This document shows, one piece after another, positions 31,156 to 39,520 of a stretch of 64,000 bases of DNA. The position numbers and the translations under genes were made by a program. Below the pieces are notes generated by a model. The model made no database searches and had not been told where the DNA came from. It saw only the letters and a program-made list of their open reading frames with translations. Positions within the stretch are counted from its first letter, which is position 1. Every line of letters starts with the position of its first letter. Source of the stretch: Candidatus Bathyarchaeota archaeon (GTDB taxonomy: Archaea > Thermoproteota > Bathyarchaeia > Bathyarchaeales > DTEX01); assembly GCA_963714275.1 (NCBI GenBank), contig CAVQNT010000002.1, positions 1 through 64,000 of the forward strand, written 5' to 3'.

Positions 31156-32306
31156 AGAAGATTCTGGTGGGCAACCACGCGGTTTCGTGGGGGGTGATGC
31201 TGGCCCGGGCAGAGGTGATCTCGGCCTACCCGATCACCCCCCAGACGACGATCGTCGAAGAGCTCTCCGTTCTCTGCGCGGACGGAAGGTTGAAAGCCAA
31301 GTTCATTCCGGTAGAATCCGAGCACTCCGCCATGGCCTGCTGCATCGGGGCGTCGGCAGCCGGAGTGCGCACCTTCACCGCCACTTCATCCCAGGGATTG
31401 GCGCTGATGCACGAGATGCTTCATTGGGCCACCGGGGCCCGCCTGCCCATCGTTATGGCCAACGTCAACCGGGCCCTGGGTTCTCCCTGGAACATCTGGG
31501 GGGAACAAACGGATAGTCTTTCCCAAAGGGATACGGGATGGCTGCAGCTCTACTGTGAGAGTAACCAGGAAGTCCTGGACACCGTGATCCAGGCCTTCAA
31601 AATTGCCGAGGAAATCCGCCTGCCGGTGATGCTGGTCCTGGATGCTTTCTTCCTCTCTCATACCGCAGAACCCGTGGAGATTCCCGAGCAAAGCCTGGCA
31701 GATGATTTCCTGCCCCGGTATCAACCCGAGTTTCGCCTGGACCCCAAAGAGCCCCACTCCTTCGGTTGCCTGACCCAGCCGGAATATTTTATGGAGTTCC
31801 GGCACAAGATCCAGCAATCCATGCTCCAGGGCAAGGCGGTCAGCGAGCGGGTGGACAAGGAGTTCGGCCAAGCCTTTGGCCGGAAGTACGGGCTGATCGA
31901 AGCCTACAGGTGCGAGGGAGCGGATTTGATTCTGGTGACCTCCGGGACCATCGCCAGCACGGCCCGCGTGGTCGTCGATGCTTTGCGGGAGAAAGGGCGA
32001 AAAGTAGGCATGGTGAAAGTGCGCCTCTTTCGTCCCTTCCCGAAGGAAGAACTGTGGGAGGTGCTCCGGGAGGCGGAGAAGTTGGCGGTGGTGGACCGGA
32101 ACGTCTCCTTCGGAGTAGGGGGAATTTTCGCCCAGGAACTCCGGGCGGCCTTCTGCAATGAAAAGACTCGACCTCCCATCTTCAGTTACATTGCCGGGTT
32201 AGGCGGGAGGGACGTAACCCCCCAGGTCTTAAATGATGTAGTTTACCAGACCTATAAACGCTCTGAGCCAGAAGAGCAGAGCGTCTGGGTTGGGATGAGG
32301 AGTTGA
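31152..32306 (+). CDS. porA: Pyruvate/2-oxoacid:ferredoxin oxidoreductase alpha subunit
   Basis: AYPITPQT, VESEHSA, TATSSQGL, GLGGRD. Confidence 0.92.
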   Translation: MKKILVGNHAVSWGVMLARAEVISAYPITPQTTIVEELSVLCADGRLKAKFIPVESEHSAMACCIGASAAGVRTFTATSSQGLALMHEMLHWATGARLPIVMANVNRALGSPWNIWGEQTDSLSQRDTGWLQLYCESNQEVLDTVIQAFKIAEEIRLPVMLVLDAFFLSHTAEPVEIPEQSLADDFLPRYQPEFRLDPKEPHSFGCLTQPEYFMEFRHKIQQSMLQGKAVSERVDKEFGQAFGRKYGLIEAYRCEGADLILVTSGTIASTARVVVDALREKGRKVGMVKVRLFRPFPKEELWEVLREAEKLAVVDRNVSFGVGGIFAQELRAAFCNEKTRPPIFSYIAGLGGRDVTPQVLNDVVYQTYKRSEPEEQSVWVGMRS

Positions 32307-32323
32307 GTCGGCTATCGCCAAGG

Positions 32324-32394
32324 TAAAAATGAAAATTGAAAAATTTAAATTAAGCTGAAAGGCATTTTGCACTTTTAATTTTGCATTTTGCAAT
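32324..32394. repeat. AT-rich heptamer palindromic repeat (family B)
   Basis: AAAATGA AAATTGA AAAATTT ... CATTTTG CACTTTT AATTTTG CATTTTG; similar arms at 5044-5078, 25001-25028, 29315-29391 and 33577-33650. Confidence 0.7.
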
Positions 32395-32403
32395 GGAACG
32401 GAG

Positions 32404-33276
32404 TTGATTATGTACGAGCCAAGAGAATTGATGTACGCGGGCCACTTAGCCTGCGCGGGCTGTGGGGCCACGATGGCCATGCGCTATGCCCTCAAGGCGC
32501 TGGGAGAACAGACCATCCTCGTGGTACCGGCGTGCTGCTGGTCGATCCTGGCTGGGCCTTTTCCCTATACTGCGATCCAGGTGCCGTTGATTCATACGGC
32601 CTTTGAAACCGGTGCCTCCACTGCCTCGGGCATCAAAGCTGCCCTGGAAATGCGCGGGGATACGGAGACGACCGTGGCCGCCTGGGTGGGGGATGGGGGA
32701 ACCTTTGACATCGGTATCCAGGCCCTCTCGGGCGCTGCCGAGCGGAACGATGACCTCCTCTACTTCTGCTACGATAACGAGGCCTACATGAATACGGGAA
32801 TCCAGAGGAGTTCGGCTACACCCTTCGGTACATGGACGACCACAACTCCGATTAATCATCCCAAGAGTCAACCCAAAAAGAATATGGTTGAAATCATGGC
32901 CGCCCATCGGATCCCTTATGCGGCTACTTGCTCCGTGGCCTTTCCCGAAGACATGATGCGCAAAGTCAGCAAAGCCAAATCCATCCGGGGAACCAAGTTC
33001 ATCCACATTTACTCACCTTGCCCCACGGGTTGGAAGGCCCCCTCTTCGCTGGCCGTGAAGATTGCCCGTCTGGCCGTGCACACCAAGATTTTTCCCCTCT
33101 ATGAAGTAGAGCGGGGCGAGCGCTATAATATCAACATAGAGCCGAAGAACCTGCCGGTTGATGAATACCTTCGGCTTCAGGGCCGGTTCAATCACTTGAC
33201 GGACGACGAAGTGCATACCATCCAGGAAACCGCGGACCGGGAGTGGGAACGGCTGGTCAAGAAAGCCCTGGATTAA
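32404..33276 (+). CDS. porB: Pyruvate/2-oxoacid:ferredoxin oxidoreductase beta subunit (TPP-binding)
   Basis: ACAGCG, GDGG..DIG, DNEAYMNTGIQRS, PCPTGW. Confidence 0.92.
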   Translation: MIMYEPRELMYAGHLACAGCGATMAMRYALKALGEQTILVVPACCWSILAGPFPYTAIQVPLIHTAFETGASTASGIKAALEMRGDTETTVAAWVGDGGTFDIGIQALSGAAERNDDLLYFCYDNEAYMNTGIQRSSATPFGTWTTTTPINHPKSQPKKNMVEIMAAHRIPYAATCSVAFPEDMMRKVSKAKSIRGTKFIHIYSPCPTGWKAPSSLAVKIARLAVHTKIFPLYEVERGERYNINIEPKNLPVDEYLRLQGRFNHLTDDEVHTIQETADREWERLVKKALD

Positions 33277-33380
33277 GCCCTACTTGCGCACCCCCCTTTG
33301 CTTATAGTCAGGAGGCTTAGTTTTTCATCTCAATTTAGCGTTTTGAAGAGAACCACTAAATTTCATTGAAATATGAAAGC

Positions 33381-33576
33381 TGATAATTTCGTAAAAAGTA
33401 GAATTCCCCCTCCCCTCGCGGGAGGGGGACAAAGGGGAGGGGGATAATTAACCGGCTGAAATGACTCCCATCTTCAGCCTCACCTTTACCCTGTCGAGTA
33501 GTGAAGCTCACTCCACAGGGCAAGCCCTTTTCCGTCAAGGGAGAGGGGGTATTTTTGACTTTTTACAACTCCATCA
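33381..33576 (+). mobile_element. MITE-1 copy with a nested hairpin insertion
   Basis: TIRs TGATAATTTCGTAAAAAGT / ACTTTTTACAACTCCATCA; flanks AAGC/AAGT; extra hairpin CCCTGTCGAGT...ACTCCACAGGG at 33489-33520. Confidence 0.8.
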
Positions 33577-33776
33577 AAGTTGCAAGATGAAAAATGTAAA
33601 TTTCAGAGGGAAATGCCCATCATTTTGAAATTTGCATTTGGCATTGAATTCTAGCCAATTTTTCCCCAGAATGCCGATAAAATTTTAAGTGTTTGGGTCG
33701 GCTTTCTATATGCAAAGAGGACAAAAGGGAGGAAAGATTCCTGTAGTAAGTATCCGCATATCGGTAGGAGGTTTCG

Positions 33777-34280
33777 ATGGGAAAGGGGAGGGGATCTGAA
33801 ATCATTAAACTGGTAATCAGCATAGTCGTTTGCCAGCTTGCAGGCTGGGTGGGTTCTATTTTTACCAGACCCGCCATCCCCGCCTGGTATGCTTCGCTGA
33901 GAAAACCGTTTTGCACGCCTCCCGATTGGGTGTTTGCTCCGGTTTGGATCGGTCTGTACATTTTGATGGGAATCGCCGTGTTTCTTGTGTGGCGAACAGG
34001 CTGGCATGAAAAACAGACCCAGATGGCTTTAGTCCTCTTTAGTGTACAGTTGATTCTCAACGCCTTGTGGTCATTTTTGTTCTTCGGGTTGAGATCCCCC
34101 CTGGCCGGGCTTATAGAAATTTCAATTCTGGCGGTCGTCATCCTGTTTACCATCCAAAGCTTTCTCAAGATAAACAGGACGGCGGGAATCCTGCTCATTC
34201 CTTACTTCCTATGGGTGGCCTTTGCCTCTGGTTTAAATCTATCGATATGGGTTTTGAATGATAGCCGGTTTTTAAGCTAA
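33777..34280 (+). CDS. tspO: TspO/MBR tryptophan-rich sensory protein
   Basis: WY..L.KP...PP.WVFAPVW..LY, QL.LN.LWS.LFF, LL.PY..WV.FA..LN. Confidence 0.93.
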   Translation: MGKGRGSEIIKLVISIVVCQLAGWVGSIFTRPAIPAWYASLRKPFCTPPDWVFAPVWIGLYILMGIAVFLVWRTGWHEKQTQMALVLFSVQLILNALWSFLFFGLRSPLAGLIEISILAVVILFTIQSFLKINRTAGILLIPYFLWVAFASGLNLSIWVLNDSRFLS

Positions 34281-34353
34281 GCCCTTTTCCTCCCGCGAAA
34301 TACCCAGGGAATAATATTTAGATTTAATAGGTATTAACCAAATAATATTTCCA

Positions 34354-34713
34354 TCACTTCTTTGGAAAAGCCTTTTGTAGAGCTTCTATAATAAGTAAGT
34401 CAGCAGGCCTACTCCATTTTCCTGGATTATCTTTAAGGTACTTTGCGACAAGATAACATATTTCCTTGATTGTAGGCTTCCCTGGATAAAGGTAAAAATC
34501 ATCCGAGGCATCATAGACACCTGTAACATAACCGACGTAAAAAAATGCCTGTTGGCAATTAGTATCGGGATCTTTTCTCTCAGCCTTTTCAAACTCCTGC
34601 ATATCCGCAACTAATTTGTGGCCATCAATAAGTTGAGCAGATGAATCTAAAGCAGTGCATAGGACCATGGCGGCTAATGCCATTACCAAACTCAATCGTT
34701 TCAGAAATTTCAT
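34354..34713 (-). CDS. Rap1a/Tai-like immunity protein (exported)
   Basis: Signal peptide; G..L, GYV.GV.D, P...T, V.KYL..NP..W..PA..LI..AL..AFP pattern; AGGAGG SD; AT-rich gene. Confidence 0.75.
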   Translation of the reverse strand: MKFLKRLSLVMALAAMVLCTALDSSAQLIDGHKLVADMQEFEKAERKDPDTNCQQAFFYVGYVTGVYDASDDFYLYPGKPTIKEICYLVAKYLKDNPGKWSRPADLLIIEALQKAFPKK

Positions 34714-34774
34714 GATGACCTCCTTTCCATGGTTTCCATATACTTACATTTTCTAATTATAACAGATCCCAAAA

Positions 34775-34799
34775 CAAAAAAGCCCCATCGAAGGGGCTC
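34775..34799 (-). terminator. Rho-independent terminator
   Basis: Minus strand GAGCCCC-TTCGAT-GGGGCT-TTTTTG. Confidence 0.65.
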
Positions 34800-35387
34800 A
34801 GGATCACAGGGGGGTTAATCTTGGTTGGGAAGACATTAGGTACGAAACTCAACCATAAAAAAACCCCGGTAAGACGCAGCGATTGACCGCGGTTCGACTG
34901 GCAACCGGGTGAACCAAGCGGAACCCACCCATGGTATTATGTACCACGCCTGCCTTCTCTGATCAAGAAAAAAACCGAAATAATGATGGCAGGGAGAAAG
35001 GCAACCCTCACTCACTCAAGTAAAATCTTCGAAAAACCGGCGCTTACAACCCTGGCTTTTCAGTTTTTGGATTGAGAGGGTTAGGGGGTGGTGGGTCGAT
35101 AAAGCCCTAAAAGGGATTTCAAATCCTATATGATTTAAATCTGTCGATATGGGTTTTGAATTGTTAGGTTGCAGAAGTAAAGATTTGGCCCGTGGATAAT
35201 TGCAAATTTCCCGGCATAAGGATAACATTGGTTATCATCCACTCACTTTGAACTACGAGACTCTTAACCGAGATTATTTATTGTTTTCGCTTATACAATG
35301 AGTCATATTTTTGTTCGCCAGGTGTTCTTCCTATGTCCAACCCTTTACCCCTTGATGCAAATTTAACAATAATATCAACAGGAAGGT

Positions 35388-35404
35388 TTGGCATGTAGTT
35401 TGCT
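35388..35404 (+). promoter_or_regulatory. sigma54 (-24/-12) promoter
   Basis: TTGGCATGTAGTTTGCT with exact GG-N10-GC spacing, upstream of the PilZ gene. Confidence 0.6.
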
Positions 35405-35487
35405 AATCTTGATTTTTATGTTAAACTCAGGTAATTAAAAGAGCAACACAAGGGTCTGGGTGGCAAACTTGAAATAGGATAAGGGGG

Positions 35488-35883
35488 ATGAAAATGGAGA
35501 AGAGGAGAGCAAAGCCTCATATCGGAATTGCCAAATTTGAAAAAAGAAAACATCCCAGATTTTTATTGAATTTGCCCATAGAATATTATCGAATCAACTC
35601 GGACCTCGACCCAGACCTCACGCCGGCTGGTTACACATTCAATGCCAGCGAAGGGGGGCTGATGGTCAATCTTCCAGAACAAATGGATATCGGTCAATAT
35701 CTAAGAATGAAATTATTTTTCTCTTTCGGTCCCGATATAAATGCCATTGAGATGCTTTCGCAGGTGATGTGGACCGATAATTTGGGAGAGGACGGGAGCT
35801 ATCGGTCCGGCGTGAGATTCGTGGAAATCTCCTCCGAAGATATGGGCAGGCTGAAAAATTTTTTGCAAGATCTTTCGAATTGA
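35488..35883 (+). CDS. PilZ-domain protein
   Basis: EKRKHPR (RxxxR) and N.S.GG motifs, then V.W and G..F. Confidence 0.85.
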   Translation: MKMEKRRAKPHIGIAKFEKRKHPRFLLNLPIEYYRINSDLDPDLTPAGYTFNASEGGLMVNLPEQMDIGQYLRMKLFFSFGPDINAIEMLSQVMWTDNLGEDGSYRSGVRFVEISSEDMGRLKNFLQDLSN

Positions 35884-36133
35884 TAATCCCTTTTAGGATT
35901 TCCTCAACCCGAACTGAATCCAACCCATAAATTTTCGAGGTCTCTCAACCAAGGCAAAGCATTTCCGGCCCAAACTAATTGACAAAGGTTTTCGGCCCCA
36001 GCCACTTGCCCCCTTTTTTCCCCCGCTCAGCATTCTCCCCTCCGCACCCAAGACGAGAGAGGAAACAAGAGTAGGCCCCGGGCCATGCTTTTTCTCTTTG
36101 ACAAAAGCTCAAAAAGCAAGTTAAAAATATAAT

Positions 36134-36440
36134 TGATGATTGCGTAAAAAATAGAATTCCCCCTCCCCTCGCGGGAGGGGACAAAGGGGAGGGGGATATT
36201 TAACCGGCTGAAATGACTCCCTCTTCACCCTCACCCCGGCCCTCTCCCGTCAGAGACTGGTCGTAATGAAGGAAAAGGGCCGTCATTCCCGCGAAAGTGG
36301 GAATCCAGGGTATTTAGGTGCGGAAATCACACGATATTTTTCTTTGAAAGGACCCGCTGGATGCCCGCCTACGCGGGATGACGAATTACGACAGTCTCTC
36401 AAGGGAGAGGGAGTGTTTTTGACTTTTTACGACTTCATCA
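36134..36440 (+). mobile_element. MITE-1 copy with a 4-bp TSD and a nested MITE
   Basis: TIRs TGATGATTGCGTAAAAAAT / ACTTTTTACGACTTCATCA; TAAT on both flanks (36130-33, 36441-44); near-identical to 33381-33576 outside the insertions. Confidence 0.85.
36253..36398. mobile_element. Nested 146-bp MITE with GAG ends and TCA TSD
   Basis: TIRs GAGACTGGTCGTAAT / ATTACGACAGTCTC; TCA duplicated at 36250-52 and 36399-401; internal family D REP pair. Confidence 0.85.
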
Positions 36441-36498
36441 TAATTAGCTTTTCTAATAGTCCGAAGAAACTTATGAATGCCCAAACGCAGTGTAAATC

Positions 36499-37266
36499 AT
36501 GAGGAAGATACCGGAAAGATATCGCCGGCGGTTGATGGGTCTAATCCCCATTGAACGAGTTGCGACCTGGCAAGTTTCCAGGCCGCCGAAATCCCTCCTG
36601 CAAGAACTTCTCGCCTACGATGGCCTCACGCCCACGATCTCGGATATTCTCGATTCCATGGGAGTTGTAGGCGCCATCCCCGGCTCTCTGCTAAGGCCGG
36701 TCATTCCCGGGAAGAAGATCGCAGGGCCGGCCATAACTCTGAAATATGTTCCTGAGCGCTTGACTGCAACTCAGTCCTTCCAGGAGAAGGCCAGGGCCAA
36801 GCTCGCAGATCGGGATGCCTACGCTGTGACTGAGCCGGGGGACGTTGTGGTTATCGATGGGGGGGGAAGGGGAGAGATTTCGGCCATGGGAGGCCTTTCC
36901 ACTTTTGTGGCCAAGAAATATGGATTGGCCGGGAATATCGTGGATTGTGGAGTACGAGATGTGGGTGAAATGAGAGCCCTGGACTACCCGGTTTGGTCCC
37001 GGGGGATTACTCCCATCACGGGTAAATTCCGCTTCGAAGCTTTGGAAGTAAATGGGGCTGTGGTGTGCGGCGGAGTCTCTGTCTCCCCCGGTGACCTGGT
37101 CGTCGCCGATGATACGGGGGTGGTCATCGTTCCCCAAAAGATCATCGGAGAAGTTGTTCGACGGGCCATCGAAGCTTCAAAGAAGGAAAAGCGGCTCATC
37201 GAGGCCATCGAAGAAGGATCTTCGATGGAAGAGATCAAAAAAATTCTGGCACCGGAAAAATGGTAA
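36499..37266 (+). CDS. RraA/HMG-aldolase family protein
   Basis: T..ISD.LD, GPA.T, PGDV.VID, GGL, D.G.RD, V.PGD.V.AD..GVV.VP. Confidence 0.85.
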   Translation: MRKIPERYRRRLMGLIPIERVATWQVSRPPKSLLQELLAYDGLTPTISDILDSMGVVGAIPGSLLRPVIPGKKIAGPAITLKYVPERLTATQSFQEKARAKLADRDAYAVTEPGDVVVIDGGGRGEISAMGGLSTFVAKKYGLAGNIVDCGVRDVGEMRALDYPVWSRGITPITGKFRFEALEVNGAVVCGGVSVSPGDLVVADDTGVVIVPQKIIGEVVRRAIEASKKEKRLIEAIEEGSSMEEIKKILAPEKW

Positions 37267-37271
37267 AAAGA

Positions 37272-37374
37272 CAGGGTGGAGGGCGTTGGGTGTAGGGTGT
37301 AGGCGGTAGAGTGAAAAGTGTTGAGTGTTAAGTTTCAGTTTTTAGGTTTTACCCCTTACGCCTTGCGCCTTACG
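37272..37374. repeat. Heptamer-periodic palindromic repeat (family B)
   Basis: GGGTGGA GGGCGTT GGGTGTA GGGTGTA GGCG ... TACCCCT TACGCCT TGCGCCT TACG. Confidence 0.7.
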
Positions 37375-37396
37375 GTTCTTAATAGGAGGGTTTTAA

Positions 37397-38446
37397 TTGG
37401 CTTTAGAATTGATGCGCGGGAACGAGGCCATCGCCGAAGGGGCCATCCGCGCCGGTTGCCGGTTTTACGCCGGATATCCCATCACTCCGCAGAATGAACT
37501 TTTCGAATACATGGCCAAACGGTTGCCTCAAGAAGGGGGCACTTTTCTCCAGTGCGAGAGTGAGGTCGCCGGCATTAACATGATCTGGGGAGCGGCCTGC
37601 ACGGGCTCGCGGGCCATGACTTCTTCTTCCGGGCCGGGGATCAGCCTGATGTCTGAAGGACTGAGCACATTAGCAGCTGGACAGCTTCCTTGCGTGGTGG
37701 TGGACGTCACCAGGGCGGGCCCTGGGTTGGGGCGCATTGCTCCGGCCCAATCGGACTACCGGCAGGTTACCAAGGGTGGAGGCCATGGAGATTACCGGGC
37801 GATCGTACTTGGGCCGTCTTCCACCCAGGAGATGGCCGAGCTGGCTACGCTCGCCTTCCATCTGGCCGACCTTTACCGCAATCCGGTAATCATCCTGATG
37901 GATGGGATGCTGGGGCAGATGATGGAACCCTTGGATTTTGACCTGGTGAAACCCCTTCCCGTTCCTGATAAACCCTGGGCCCTGCTGGGCAAAGGGGATG
38001 GTCCAAGGAAGATGATCTACGCCGCTCCTTTTGATGATCCCGGGCTCATCCAGTTGAATCAGGAATTGGCTGAAAAATACCGCCAGATTGAGGCCAAAGA
38101 GCAGCGCTGGGAGGAAATCCTGCTCGACGGAGCACAGCTCGTGGTAGTAGCTTTCGGCAGCGCGGCGCGCGTGGCCCTGGACGCGGTCCAGGCTGCCAGG
38201 GCCGAAGGGTTACCGGTGGGAATGATCCGACCGATCACCCTCTGGCCCTTTCCCCGAAAAGGATTCCAGAAGGTTCGGCATTCGGCCAAGGCTTTCCTCG
38301 ACGTGGAGATGAACGCCGGTCAGATGCAGGAGGACCTAGAACGCGTGGTAGGGCCAGATTTTTCCATCCATCACCTGGGTCAGGGCGGCGGAAAAATTAT
38401 CTACCCGGATGAAGTTTATGAAGAAATTAAAAGATTGGTGAAATGA
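37397..38446 (+). CDS. 2-oxoisovalerate-type (Vor) oxidoreductase alpha subunit
   Basis: GNEAIAE, GYPITPQ.E, ESEVA.INM..GAA, TSSSGPG.SL, GG.GDY. Confidence 0.88.
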   Translation: MALELMRGNEAIAEGAIRAGCRFYAGYPITPQNELFEYMAKRLPQEGGTFLQCESEVAGINMIWGAACTGSRAMTSSSGPGISLMSEGLSTLAAGQLPCVVVDVTRAGPGLGRIAPAQSDYRQVTKGGGHGDYRAIVLGPSSTQEMAELATLAFHLADLYRNPVIILMDGMLGQMMEPLDFDLVKPLPVPDKPWALLGKGDGPRKMIYAAPFDDPGLIQLNQELAEKYRQIEAKEQRWEEILLDGAQLVVVAFGSAARVALDAVQAARAEGLPVGMIRPITLWPFPRKGFQKVRHSAKAFLDVEMNAGQMQEDLERVVGPDFSIHHLGQGGGKIIYPDEVYEEIKRLVK

Positions 38447-38463
38447 AGTCAATCTGTCCCCGT

Positions 38464-38553
38464 CCTCGCCGTTCGGCTGAGTCCTCGGCCTGAGCTCGGG
38501 CCGAAGGCTCACGGCGAGGCCTTCCCCCTCTAGGGGGGAGGGCTAAGAGGGGG
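38464..38553. repeat. Nested GC-rich palindromes joined to a family C hairpin
   Basis: CCTCGCCGT..TGAGTCC TCGGCCTGAGCTCGGGCCGA AGGCTCA CGGCGAGG, then CCTTCCCCCTCTAGGGGGGAGGG. Confidence 0.7.
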
Positions 38554-38570
38554 CGAGAAGGAGGCCTTTT

Positions 38571-39317
38571 TTGATGAAGAAGGTTTTTAAGAAGCCCGAT
38601 TCTCTCACCGACTTCCCCTATCCCTACTGTCCGGGGTGTGGCCATGGAATTGTGCAGCGTCTGGTGGGCGAGGCCATGGATGATTTGGGCATCGTGGGCA
38701 AAACCATTGGGGTCACTTCCGCGGGTTGCTCGGTGAGAAATTGGAAGCAGTTTGCTTGCGACATGACCATGGGCTTGCATGGCCGTGGCCCGGCGGTGGC
38801 CACCGGCCTGAAACGAACAGTTCCCGAATGTATCATCTTTACATACCAAGGAGACGGAGACCTGGCCGCGATTGGCACGGGGGAGATCGTCCACGCCGCT
38901 GCCCGGTGCGAGCGCATCACGGTAATCTACGTAAACAATGCGGTCTTCGGGGCCACGGGCGGCCAGCAGGCTCCCACCACTCTTCTGGGGCAGAAGACGA
39001 CCAGCTTTCCCGGGGGCCGGGATCCCCGCACCGGCGGATACCCACTGCGGATGGCGGAGATGCTGGCCAGTGTTTCCCCCGAGGCTTACATCGTTCGTGT
39101 TTCCATCCATGACGTGAAGCATATCAACCAGGCTGCGAAAGCGATCCGCCGGGCCTTTGAGGTGCAGATGCACGACGAAGGCTTTGCCCTGGTCGAATGT
39201 CTCTCCATGTGCCCTACGCAATGGAAGGTTACGCCGGTTCAGGCTTTGAAATGGATTGATGAAAAAATGGTCCCCTATTACCCGCTGGGCGAATTTTCCA
39301 CTCCTAAAGGAAATTGA
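38571..39317 (+). CDS. Vor-type oxidoreductase beta subunit
   Basis: YCPGCGHG, HGRGPAVATG, YQGDGDL, GGQ.APTT, CPT.W. Confidence 0.9.
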   Translation: MMKKVFKKPDSLTDFPYPYCPGCGHGIVQRLVGEAMDDLGIVGKTIGVTSAGCSVRNWKQFACDMTMGLHGRGPAVATGLKRTVPECIIFTYQGDGDLAAIGTGEIVHAAARCERITVIYVNNAVFGATGGQQAPTTLLGQKTTSFPGGRDPRTGGYPLRMAEMLASVSPEAYIVRVSIHDVKHINQAAKAIRRAFEVQMHDEGFALVECLSMCPTQWKVTPVQALKWIDEKMVPYYPLGEFSTPKGN

Positions 39318-39321
39318 AATT

Positions 39322-39499
39322 TTTCACCGCGGAGATCGCGGAGGCCGCAGAGAAGGGCGAGATAAAAGAATTGATGATTAACAAAGACGACGGGCAATCC
39401 AAAAGATCGTTTATATTTTATTCTTTATCTTTGACTCTTTTTAGTTTGTTTTTTGTAAAGTAAAGAACCTCTGCGTGCTCTGCGATCTCTGCGGTGAAA
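39322..39499. repeat. Family A palindromic repeat
   Basis: TTTCACCGCGGAGATCGCGGAGGCCGCAGAG ... CTCTGCGTGCTCTGCGATCTCTGCGGTGAAA. Confidence 0.85.
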
Positions 39500-39520
39500 G
39501 TCTTGGAAATGGAGCTTATT

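Larger units (their letters stand above)
34232..35161. mobile_element. Small cassette bounded by 28-bp direct repeats (att-like)
   Basis: TTTAAATCT(A/G)TCGATATGGGTTTTGAAT at 34232-34259 and 35134-35161, 27/28 identical. Confidence 0.6.
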
